From a virus (Duplodnaviria; Caudoviricetes), in IMG/VR virus record IMGVR_UViG_3300028591_005215, positions 1 to 64,000 of that record: 64,000 bases of DNA; one strand, written 5' to 3'. Positions 30,091-38,623 of the stretch are shown piece after piece. The stretch's first letter is position 1. Each line of letters begins with the position of its first letter. The notes beneath the pieces are model-generated. The model ran no database searches, had not been told where the DNA came from, and saw nothing but the letters and a program-made list of their open reading frames with translations. A program made the position numbers and the translations under genes.

Positions 30091-30327
30091 TTAAGGTAGA
30101 ACTGCAAAATAATAATCTGCACCGTAATCGTAATAAATTTCAAGTCCTTCCTTTGTAGTTGTTACATATCTATGATACTTTGGCATATCTCCCTCAGTAA
30201 ATTCGCCATCAGTGTACACTTCATCAAAGTAATCGCTCATAGCTTCAAATATATTATTATATGAGCTATAATTGAAAATTTCTTCTACTTGAGAACTATC
30301 AAGAATATTATTAAAAATCTTTGCCAT
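30091..30327 (-). CDS. Hypothetical acidic protein
   Basis: 78 aa. Confidence 0.75.
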   Translation of the reverse strand: MAKIFNNILDSSQVEEIFNYSSYNNIFEAMSDYFDEVYTDGEFTEGDMPKYHRYVTTTKEGLEIYYDYGADYYFAVLP

Positions 30328-30535
30328 AATAGTAAATTATTTAATGTTGTTGTCATTTCTTTTAACATCAGCTAATATAATACTTTACTTTTGAATATGC
30401 AAATTTTTAAGCAACTTTTTTTTTATTTTTTTTCTTGCTTTTTTATTTGGTAGTTTGGTTTATTTTTATTATATTTGTCTTAAGAAAAATAATACCCAAT
30501 AAAAAAGTAGGGATATTTCCCTACTTTTTACTTTA

Positions 30536-31399
30536 TTACCACTCTATCCTATTATCATTTTTTGAAATAACGAAAGGGTTATCTGTTTGTTTTGTATAAT
30601 GTCCGTTTACAATAGTCTTTTTTGACGGCTTATAATGTAACAATACTATAACGTTCTTTGCGTCATCCGCTCTAACATCACTTATATCACCGTTTACAAC
30701 TTCATAACCGTTAAACTTTTTAGGCAATATATCATTTTTCTTTAAATCGAACACAACAGCGACACGTGTACCGTTTTCAATAGCGTATTTAGCTTCACTA
30801 TCATTATAGCCGTTATATGAAAAAGTATAATCTATATTACTATATTTCTTTTGTAGGTCTAAATAGGCACGTACCTTTGTATATTCGTTAAAAGTGATAT
30901 TAGGACGAAGCTCCAAAATATTTTTACCCTTATACTTAAACATTAAAGGGGATAAATCAGAAGTTCCGTTTAGACGAGCCAAAAAACGTAAACCTAACTT
31001 GTTTGCTTTTTCAAAAGCTCTATCAAGCTCATATAGATACATTTGCATAAATACTTCACGATTATACAAAAATAGTTCGGTTCTTATACGTCTAACTCTA
31101 TCAATAGGGCTCTCACTATTATACTTATAAAGTACATTGATACCACTGCCCGCCAAACAAGTAACTTTGCAGTGTTCGGCATTTGGGCACATAGTATGAT
31201 TATCTAATTTATAAGGTGTAAGATAAAGAAGAAACTCTAAAACTCCCTTATTATCAAGTGTATGCTTTTGTTTTGATGTAGCATTAAGGGGAACAAGTTC
31301 TTTAATTCCTATTGCTTTTGCCACTTTTGAGTGACTTGTATATATTAAATTGCCGTAAAAATTCTTTTTTTCCTCAATAGTCATATTAATTGTCTCCAT
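30536..31399 (-). CDS. GP88-like protein, copy 2
   Basis: Same length (287 aa) as and highly similar to 17555-18418, with many synonymous differences. Confidence 0.75.
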   Translation of the reverse strand: METINMTIEEKKNFYGNLIYTSHSKVAKAIGIKELVPLNATSKQKHTLDNKGVLEFLLYLTPYKLDNHTMCPNAEHCKVTCLAGSGINVLYKYNSESPIDRVRRIRTELFLYNREVFMQMYLYELDRAFEKANKLGLRFLARLNGTSDLSPLMFKYKGKNILELRPNITFNEYTKVRAYLDLQKKYSNIDYTFSYNGYNDSEAKYAIENGTRVAVVFDLKKNDILPKKFNGYEVVNGDISDVRADDAKNVIVLLHYKPSKKTIVNGHYTKQTDNPFVISKNDNRIEW

Positions 31400-31617
31400 A
31401 ACTTAACTTATTACTTAATTGTTTTAACATCAACTAATATATAAAAACCAAATTAAAAAATGAAGCAATAATAACTTTTTAACACGACTTTAACATATAA
31501 AAGAAAAAATATAAAAAATGTTAAAAAGCTTTGTAGTTTGAAAGTAATTTAATATATTTGTTTTAGGAAAAATAATATAATTAAAAAAAGGTAGGGAAAA
31601 TAACCCTACCTTTTATG

Positions 31618-31863
31618 TTATTCAACTATTACCAAATCAGCGTTGCACTCTTTATCATTTTTATAAATTTTGCCTTCAGAAGTATACAATACAATTTGCT
31701 CTTTGCCTTTATACAATTTAACCAAAGCAATAATAGGGTAATTTGAGTCATTGTCTGCATCTGTGCAAATAATTCTAACTTTATTACGTCCTTTCCTTAA
31801 TTTGATTTTAGCACCTTTATTATATTCTTCTAAGCTAAATGGTTTAATTACTTTTTTCTTCAT
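31618..31863 (-). CDS. Short 'KPF.L' family member (N-terminal domain only), copy 4
   Basis: MKKKVIKPFSLEEY...RIICTDA...DLVIVE; GGAGG upstream supports a start at 31863. Confidence 0.7.
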   Translation of the reverse strand: MKKKVIKPFSLEEYNKGAKIKLRKGRNKVRIICTDADNDSNYPIIALVKLYKGKEQIVLYTSEGKIYKNDKECNADLVIVE

Positions 31864-32323
31864 ATTTTTTACCTCCTTTATTTTATTACTTAATGATAAT
31901 CTGACTTCTGCCAATTGTTTCAAAAGAGATACCCTTTAGAGTCAACTCTATTACTTTGTTCTCTGTTTCTTTTTCTGTATTAAAATTCAATATCTTCATA
32001 ATAGTAAATTATTTAATGTTGTTGTCATTTCTTTTAACATTAACAAATATATAAAAATCAAATTAAAAAATGAAACAATAATGCTCATTTAACACAACTT
32101 TAACACTTAAAAGTTTTATTGAAAAAATTGTTAAATTGTTTGGCAGTTTGGAAACAATTTAATATATTTGTCTTAGGAAAAATAATATACAATAAAAAGC
32201 CTACCTAATAAAAATAGGTAGGTTTTTTGTTATAAGACGTTTTATATTATTTGCTGATACCTTATACTATAATAGCAAAATAAAGCCCTATATCCAAAGG
32301 AATAGGGCTTAAATTCAATTTTA

Positions 32324-32749
32324 TTAATAAATTCGTGGTTCTCCACCATTCATATAGTAAGATAAACCGTTTATTTCATAGATAGGTTGATAAAAAGGCA
32401 TAAAGTTACCAATATTCATAAACCCAATAAATTTAAATAATTTGTGTGGGTTCATAGGTGTAAGCTCTTCACCTTCACCGTTATAACCGATAGCTTTTAA
32501 CTCTGTATCACCCCACAAACAATTTTTACGCTTTAAATTTTTAGACGTTAAAAAGTGTTTAATAAGGTAATTAAGACCTTTTTCAGCTTGTTCGTCAGTA
32601 ACAAACACATCATTTTCCCCAATAGGTGAAAAATCAATATTTTCACCACGGTTTAAACGACTCTTAAGTAAGTTAATATCACGCTCACTGATAGTCTCTT
32701 TTGCTACTGCTTCACTGATAACTATTTCACTTGCTCTTTTCTTTGCCAT
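32324..32749 (-). CDS. Hypothetical cassette protein
   Basis: 141 aa. Confidence 0.75.
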   Translation of the reverse strand: MAKKRASEIVISEAVAKETISERDINLLKSRLNRGENIDFSPIGENDVFVTDEQAEKGLNYLIKHFLTSKNLKRKNCLWGDTELKAIGYNGEGEELTPMNPHKLFKFIGFMNIGNFMPFYQPIYEINGLSYYMNGGEPRIY

Positions 32750-33598
32750 AATAGTTTAATTTTAAAATGTTTATAACTTAATTGTGATAGGAATATAATA
32801 CTTTATTTTTATTCTTGCAAATTTTTAATGAACTTTTTTTGAAGTTTTTTACTCTTCTAAATCTTTAAGTTCTTTTTCCCAATCAACATCTGACTCGTAT
32901 ACAAGACTACAAGCTAAAACTATTAACGCAACAATAATGAAAATTCCAAACATATTTTTTTCCTTTCTATTTAATTAATATTGTTATTTCTTTTAACGAC
33001 TGCAATATAACACTTTACTTTTGAATATGCAAGCTTTTAGGCAACTTTTTTTTATTTTTTTTTTCTTGCGATTTTGTTTGGTAGTTTGGAAAGAATTTAT
33101 TATATTTGTTTTAGGAAAAGAAATACATACATAAAAGAAAAGGCTATCTATTTTGTTAGATAACCTTTTCTTTTTCGTTTATATTAATAAAGTAGGTAAA
33201 ATACGCCTATAGCTTTATTTTGTTGCTTTTAAGCGTTTATTATAATCTTCTGATAGAAATCTTTATACACTATTATAAATGCTAATTAGAGGCAAAATCT
33301 TGTTATTTGTTATCTTCTTTAATTGTAATAACAAGATAATACTTTATGATAGGAAAAGAATATATAAAAAAAAACGTACTACTTATCACAAGCAATACGT
33401 TAATTAATATTTAACTCGATTAATCAATGAATATTTGACATAATTATTTTCCTTTTTTTAATTGACTATATAAATGTATCGCTATACATTATTTTTATTC
33501 ATTCCCTTAACGTTAGCTAATATATACATTTCATTTTAAACTTGCAAATTTTTGAGCGACTTTTTTTAAAAAAATATTTATGCAATTAATATTCATAT

Positions 33599-33614
33599 TG
33601 TTTCACGTGAAACA
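33599..33614. promoter_or_regulatory. parS: parS-type site TGTTTCACGTGAAACA
   Basis: Perfect match to the 16-bp bacterial parS consensus palindrome. Confidence 0.75.
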
Positions 33615-33617
33615 TAT

Positions 33618-33930
33618 GGGGGGTACTACCCTACTATACCCCACCCCTATCCGCACCCATAGGGGTAGGGGGATTTTTAGTGCTTTATATGAGGGAACAG
33701 TTCTTTAAAAAATTCCAGAAAAAAAATTTCAATTTTTTAAATAAAGGCTTCTTTTTTTTAATACAGATAACAACTAAAAAAAAAATTCCAGAAAAAAATT
33801 TTCAATTCTTTAAATAAGTAAGGTATGTTTTTTATACTGTTATTCAGAAAATAATTTTCTATTTTTTTTAAATGGGGGGGCGTATATTTTTTATTACCCT
33901 TAATAAAAAAAATTCCAGAAAAATTTTTTG
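33618..33930. other. GC-rich island plus three AAAAAATTCCAGAAAAA repeats; candidate origin, terminus or packaging region
   Basis: G/C runs at 33618-33673 in otherwise AT-rich DNA; repeats near 33707, 33780 and 33906; no ORF. Confidence 0.45.
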
Positions 33931-34219
33931 TAATTTTTTAATAAAGAAGTCTGATTTTTAAAAAGTCATATAACTGTTATCACTGATAATGTTTTAGTGC
34001 AAATAATAATAAAAACCACTATCACATATAGTATGATAGTGGTTTAATAATTTTGTAATTACATTCATCTGCACTGCTTACCATATATAATAAAACTACA
34101 GTGCTTTGAATGAATGTCTTTACTACAATGATTTTCACAATGCAAATATATAGAAAAAATCTGAGAAAAACAAATTTATAGTAATATTTTTATAATGATA
34201 TAGAAGTTGGCACAAAACA

Positions 34220-34645
34220 TCAAATTATATTTTCAATGGCTTCTTTATTAATTATTATTGTCCCAACATCCCCTTGCCTATTAAATTCTATGACATCATA
34301 TCCAAGTTTTTTTGCTTTATATAACACTTTGCATAAATAAGAAAGATAATTATCGTTTCTATTAGGCTTAATTCTCATTTTTCTTTCTGTCGCTATTTTT
34401 GCGCTTGGTTTCATTTGATATATTGTTATATGATTTCCATAATCCATAGCCAATGCCTTATCTTTTGAGACAAATAAGTTATTATCCCAAAATTCATTAC
34501 CAGTGGCAATGTGCCTTGTTTCATTAGGGACTGTTCCTCTATAATATATATTACCACCTTTATGATGGTTTTGGCTAAGTTTATTTGTTACTTCTTGTAT
34601 AACTTTTTTTACAATTATATTCAAATCTGATTCTGTTATATTCAT
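34220..34645 (-). CDS. ADP-ribosyltransferase-fold-like protein with MNITESDL leader
   Basis: YYRGT...LFVS.D...A.DYG pattern. Confidence 0.5.
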   Translation of the reverse strand: MNITESDLNIIVKKVIQEVTNKLSQNHHKGGNIYYRGTVPNETRHIATGNEFWDNNLFVSKDKALAMDYGNHITIYQMKPSAKIATERKMRIKPNRNDNYLSYLCKVLYKAKKLGYDVIEFNRQGDVGTIIINKEAIENII

Positions 34646-34995
34646 ATTAAATGCATATTTTCTAATAAATAGTGTATAGAATCAATTTAATTGTACCATC
34701 TGCTATATTTTTTTATAAAAAAATGAATATTTTTTTTTCGAAGATTTATTATTTTACTAGCAAATAATAGCCTACACTATCGCCTTAATCACAACATTTT
34801 AAATATAGTGCTCAAAATTCTTCTTCCATATTTTGGGTAACATAATCGTACAAGTTATCTCTTGAGTCTTGGTCATAACAAGGATGATAATTTGGGCTAT
34901 CTAAATCCTTGTTGGTATATTTACTTTTTATTTTTCTTTTCATAATCAGTATAGTTTTTCATAAATTCTGCTAATGTAATAACATTATTCTAATT

Positions 34996-35295
34996 TTATT
35001 TTACTAACAAATTAGATACAAGTTTTCCTTCATTTAAAAACTTCTGTATTATATGATTATATTTTTCATCCCATGTCATCCAATGAAAAAGATTATGTCT
35101 TTTGCAATCCCAACGAAATGTGTTAATTAAATTTAAATATACTTCATTGCTGAATAAGAATTCACACAATGATTCTATTGTATTAAAGCTACCATAAAAT
35201 GAAGCTTGGTATAGTCCATTTTTAAAATCTTCATATATTTTATTTTTTATTAAAAATAATCTTAATATATACTCTACATCTTTATTGCTAATCAT
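34996..35295 (-). CDS. Tandem paralogue family member 12
   Basis: LFLIKNKIYE.F...F.W...W..W. Confidence 0.8.
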   Translation of the reverse strand: MISNKDVEYILRLFLIKNKIYEDFKNGLYQASFYGSFNTIESLCEFLFSNEVYLNLINTFRWDCKRHNLFHWMTWDEKYNHIIQKFLNEGKLVSNLLVK

Positions 35296-35567
35296 TTTTT
35301 TAATAAATTATTTATTAGTTTTGATTTGCTGTGCCATTCCATACTTATTTGAACCCAGTTGTCATAATCATCTATGAATACTTCCCAAGGAAATGCATAA
35401 CCTACTAATTCTGAATAACATTCTCCTACGTGTGTTAATAAGAAGTTTTCAAAATTGCTATCAACATATACATATTTAAATGCTTTAATATATTTTTCAT
35501 ATATGTTTCTTTTGATAAGAAATAATTTAAATAAAATTATCCTATCTTCCATAATGTTTTTATCCAT
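35292..35567 (-). CDS. Tandem paralogue family member 11
   Basis: FKLFLIKRNIYE...FPW. Confidence 0.8.
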   Translation of the reverse strand: MDKNIMEDRIILFKLFLIKRNIYEKYIKAFKYVYVDSNFENFLLTHVGECYSELVGYAFPWEVFIDDYDNWVQISMEWHSKSKLINNLLKK

Positions 35568-35794
35568 TTTTTATGTATTTCTGACCAATTTACAAAATCA
35601 TTATACATTTTGTTTTCATTTAGCCAACCGAAAGCAACAAATACCCAATCAGTGGAACGTCTCGTATTAGCGAAATGTTTTATATCAATACCATTAGGCT
35701 TGTGCAAGGTACGTAGTGATAAAATATAACGTTCATAGGCATTATTCTTGATGAGAAGCAATTTAAATATTATTAGTATTTCATCTTTTTTCAT
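35537..35794 (-). CDS. Tandem paralogue family member 10
   Basis: FKLLLIKNNAYERY...FGW. Confidence 0.8.
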   Translation of the reverse strand: MKKDEILIIFKLLLIKNNAYERYILSLRTLHKPNGIDIKHFANTRRSTDWVFVAFGWLNENKMYNDFVNWSEIHKKWIKTLWKIG

Positions 35795-36099
35795 TTTAAA
35801 TATTTTTTATTAAACTTTATTGCACTTTTCACCCATTTCCCATTACATCTACACCAATCAACATAGTTGCCATTCATTTCATTTTCCTCTTCCCAATTGA
35901 AAGCACCCATTATAAAATTTAATGGGGAACGGCTCTTAGTAAGAGAATCTAAATCAATATTAAGCGATTTATGAAGTGATTCTATAAATCTATCATATAA
36001 ACCACATTTTTTTAAGAATAGCACAAGCAATATTTTTTCTTCAGCATGCATATTTTTTTTTCCTATAAATGAAAACAGTATTTGTCTATATCTGTACAA
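35791..36099 (-). CDS. Tandem paralogue family member 9 (true start probably 36051)
   Basis: LFLKKCGLYDRF...FNW. Confidence 0.8.
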   Translation of the reverse strand: MYRYRQILFSFIGKKNMHAEEKILLVLFLKKCGLYDRFIESLHKSLNIDLDSLTKSRSPLNFIMGAFNWEEENEMNGNYVDWCRCNGKWVKSAIKFNKKYLK

Positions 36100-36386
36100 C
36101 TTCTTTTAAAGTTCGCTTTGACTATTTTATACCATTTATCATGATACAATGACCAACGTATATAATCTTTATAGTGCTTATTTTCATAATCCCATACAAA
36201 AGCACAACGTATCAGTGATTTTAATAAATTCATGTTTCGTATATTTTCAGACAAATATTGCGAAAAACTTATTTTATCAGCATCTATTGTAAGGTTGAAT
36301 CCTTCTTTAAATCTATCATATATTTTATTCTTAATCAAAAAGACTATGAAAATCGTCTCCGTGTCTTTGTAAGAAAGATAATACAT
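36063..36386 (-). CDS. Tandem paralogue family member 8
   Basis: VFLIKNKIYDRF...FVW. Confidence 0.8.
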   Translation of the reverse strand: MYYLSYKDTETIFIVFLIKNKIYDRFKEGFNLTIDADKISFSQYLSENIRNMNLLKSLIRCAFVWDYENKHYKDYIRWSLYHDKWYKIVKANFKRSCTDIDKYCFHL

Positions 36387-36408
36387 AATTAATTTTTTAT
36401 ATTTAGTT

Positions 36409-36720
36409 TTATAATTTATTTTCCTTTAGCATGTTAAGATACATAAGATACAACGGAACAATTTTATGCCATTTATCATCATACGATGACCAATATATGT
36501 ATTTTTTATAAAATCTATTTTCATATTCCCATACAAAGGCTTGAAACATTAGTGTTTTTAACAAATCTACATTTAACATATGATTGTATAAATATTGCTC
36601 AAAACTTATTTCAGTTCTGCGTAATGGAAGTTGAAAACTTTTTTTGAATCTATCATATATTTTATTCTTAATTAAAAAGATTGAGAAAATCATTTTCGTG
36701 TCACCATAAAAACACATCAT
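36409..36720 (-). CDS. Tandem paralogue family member 7
   Basis: IFLIKNKIYDRF...FVW. Confidence 0.8.
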   Translation of the reverse strand: MMCFYGDTKMIFSIFLIKNKIYDRFKKSFQLPLRRTEISFEQYLYNHMLNVDLLKTLMFQAFVWEYENRFYKKYIYWSSYDDKWHKIVPLYLMYLNMLKENKL

Positions 36721-36721
36721 A

Positions 36722-36991
36722 CTAATATCTTAAACGTAGTTTTCTACATATATTAAAAAATTTAGTGTCGAAATGAACCCAATAATTAATTCCGTCAGGT
36801 CTTTTAAAACTCCACGCAAATGAATTGATAACGGAAGTATTATAGTTTGGAGTATAATTCATACATAATCCTTCTATTGTTTTAAATTCTGGGCGAAATG
36901 GGTACTTTGCTAATGAATCTTTAAATTGCTCATATATTTTATTTTTTATTAAAAATAATCTTAATAAAATTTCCAAATCACGTCTATTCAT
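36722..36991 (-). CDS. Tandem paralogue family member 6
   Basis: LFLIKNKIYEQF...FAW. Confidence 0.8.
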   Translation of the reverse strand: MNRRDLEILLRLFLIKNKIYEQFKDSLAKYPFRPEFKTIEGLCMNYTPNYNTSVINSFAWSFKRPDGINYWVHFDTKFFNICRKLRLRY

Positions 36992-37263
36992 TATATCTTA
37001 TTTTTTTTACGTACTACAAAATAGTTTACAATTTTTTTCCAACGATTACTAATAAAATACCAATCAACATAATGACTTCTATCTCTGTTGTCGTATCCCC
37101 AAGAAAATGCAGATTCAATCAATTGAATTGGGTCTGATATTCTATTGTAATAAAAAGATTTAATTGTTATACGTGAGGACTTATATAATGATGTTTTATA
37201 TCTTTCTAATAAATCATTCTTTTTTAAAAAGATAATGAATACTATTAATAATTCTTCTTTCAT
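36991..37263 (-). CDS. Tandem paralogue family member 5
   Basis: IFLKKNDLLERY...FSW. Confidence 0.8.
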   Translation of the reverse strand: MKEELLIVFIIFLKKNDLLERYKTSLYKSSRITIKSFYYNRISDPIQLIESAFSWGYDNRDRSHYVDWYFISNRWKKIVNYFVVRKKNKI

Positions 37264-37265
37264 AC

Positions 37266-37529
37266 TTATATTAGTCTAAGTATATTATTACAATAAAGTT
37301 TACCGTACCATATGTCATCTAATTTTTTAATAATTTCATAATTTCCTTTGATGCCATAATCTTTTATTACTAAAGTGTAGTCACGGAATGGTATATTTAA
37401 TGCCACCCACTCAATCGTTTTATCAGGTCCTAAGCTATTTATGAACCATTCATATTGCTTATGTTTGCAAAGGAAAACACGAAAAACCATTTCAATATCT
37501 TTACGGTTATATATCTCTACCTGTACCAT
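37266..37529 (-). CDS. Tandem paralogue family member 4
   Basis: FRVFLCKHKQYEWF...WYGKLY. Confidence 0.8.
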   Translation of the reverse strand: MVQVEIYNRKDIEMVFRVFLCKHKQYEWFINSLGPDKTIEWVALNIPFRDYTLVIKDYGIKGNYEIIKKLDDIWYGKLYCNNILRLI

Positions 37530-37787
37530 TTAGTTCATTTTAATTATACCTTCTTGATAAAGTTTGCCATACCATATACCATCTAAATTTTTAAAAATTT
37601 CATAATTTATATGGTCATCAAAACCTTTTGCTTTTATCATGTAGTCACTGAAATGCGTATCAAGTGCAATTCTTTCAATTGTATCACCACATAAATATTT
37701 TATAAACCATTCATATTTTTTATGCTTGCAAAGGAAAATACGAAAAATTGTTTCAATATCTCCAATCTTATCTATTCGTACCTGCAT
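37530..37787 (-). CDS. Tandem paralogue family member 3
   Basis: FRIFLCKHKKYEWF...WYGKLY. Confidence 0.8.
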   Translation of the reverse strand: MQVRIDKIGDIETIFRIFLCKHKKYEWFIKYLCGDTIERIALDTHFSDYMIKAKGFDDHINYEIFKNLDGIWYGKLYQEGIIKMN

Positions 37788-37825
37788 AATTTTACCTATT
37801 TAAATTTATATTGCCAAATTTACAA

Positions 37826-38158
37826 TTAATGGTAATCAAACATTATTATTTCATTACTAATTAGCTCAAAATACCATTTATTGTCTAACATATTAGCTAT
37901 TTCTTTTTCATCATTTGGAAGCCCAAGTAACTGTAAACAATAAGAAGCAGGTGAGCATATTGTATTTAGCTGGTTTATATTAAAATTTACATTTAATTTA
38001 CGATTATTTGGCAATCTTAAATTGTAGAATTCATAAAAGCCTTCTTTCATTAGAAAAATTTTAAATAGCATAAGCGATTCATCGCCTGCTTTAAATTTAA
38101 AATGCCCCATTGTAAATAATTTATCTTGTTTCATTTTTTTATTTTTGTCAGTTGGCAT
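37826..38158 (-). CDS. Tandem paralogue family member 2
   Basis: FKIFLMKEGFYEFY...KWY. Confidence 0.75.
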   Translation of the reverse strand: MPTDKNKKMKQDKLFTMGHFKFKAGDESLMLFKIFLMKEGFYEFYNLRLPNNRKLNVNFNINQLNTICSPASYCLQLLGLPNDEKEIANMLDNKWYFELISNEIIMFDYH

Positions 38159-38170
38159 ACGCTATCATTA

Positions 38171-38482
38171 TTAATCTTCAAAGAGTTTATGATGATTTTT
38201 ACTATAAAAATTTTCCCATTTATATTGAAAATAACCCCAGTCTAACATATTTTCATACAATCTATTTTCAGAAGCCCATCCAAAGCTATCTATTAGCCTA
38301 TCTATAGATTTAAAAGTACGCTTTATTTTAATTAAACTATCTAACGAATTAACGTCCTTATAAAACGAAGTTTTAGAAAGCCCGCATAAAAATCTATCAT
38401 ATATGTTATTTTTTTTCAAAAACAATATAAAAACTGCTTTAATTAAAAATAACTGTTTGCTTTTATTTTTTTGATTACCCAT
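38171..38482 (-). CDS. Tandem paralogue family member 1
   Basis: LFLKKNNIYDRF...FGW; promoter at about 38508. Confidence 0.8.
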   Translation of the reverse strand: MGNQKNKSKQLFLIKAVFILFLKKNNIYDRFLCGLSKTSFYKDVNSLDSLIKIKRTFKSIDRLIDSFGWASENRLYENMLDWGYFQYKWENFYSKNHHKLFED

Positions 38483-38567
38483 AATATGTATATGTTATTT
38501 TATATGCAAATATAGTAAATTAAATCTGTAATAACAAATAAATTAAGAAACTTTAAGTTAAATAAAC

Positions 38568-38603
38568 AAAAAAGGTACACCCTTTAAAAGAGTATACCTT
38601 TTT
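38568..38603 (-). terminator. Intrinsic terminator after the 1316-aa gene
   Basis: AAAAGGTA...TACCTTTT hairpin. Confidence 0.7.
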
Positions 38604-38623
38604 ATTATTAGAGATTTTTTCTA

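Larger units (their letters stand above)
11185..33120 (+). promoter_or_regulatory. Dispersed repeat family: 17 + strand promoter-like elements TTTG(G)TAGTTTG-N~13-TATATTTGT(C/T)TTA(G/A)GAA, most followed by a terminator hairpin
   Basis: TATATTTG boxes at 11211, 12013, 14060, 16063, 17485, 18983, 20813, 23078, 24745, 25939, 27469, 28577, 29741, 30470, 31553, 32163 and 33101. Confidence 0.85.

Noticed and set aside
29860-33300. Loose TGATA..TTATA..AAAGC/AGAGGC motif near 29900, 32250 and 33250
   Set aside because: The similarity is too weak to separate from AT-rich background by eye.
9500-33530. Integron with attC sites
   Set aside because: Cassettes carry their own promoters, I could not establish attC-type paired R boxes with extrahelical bases, and no integrase is in the window.
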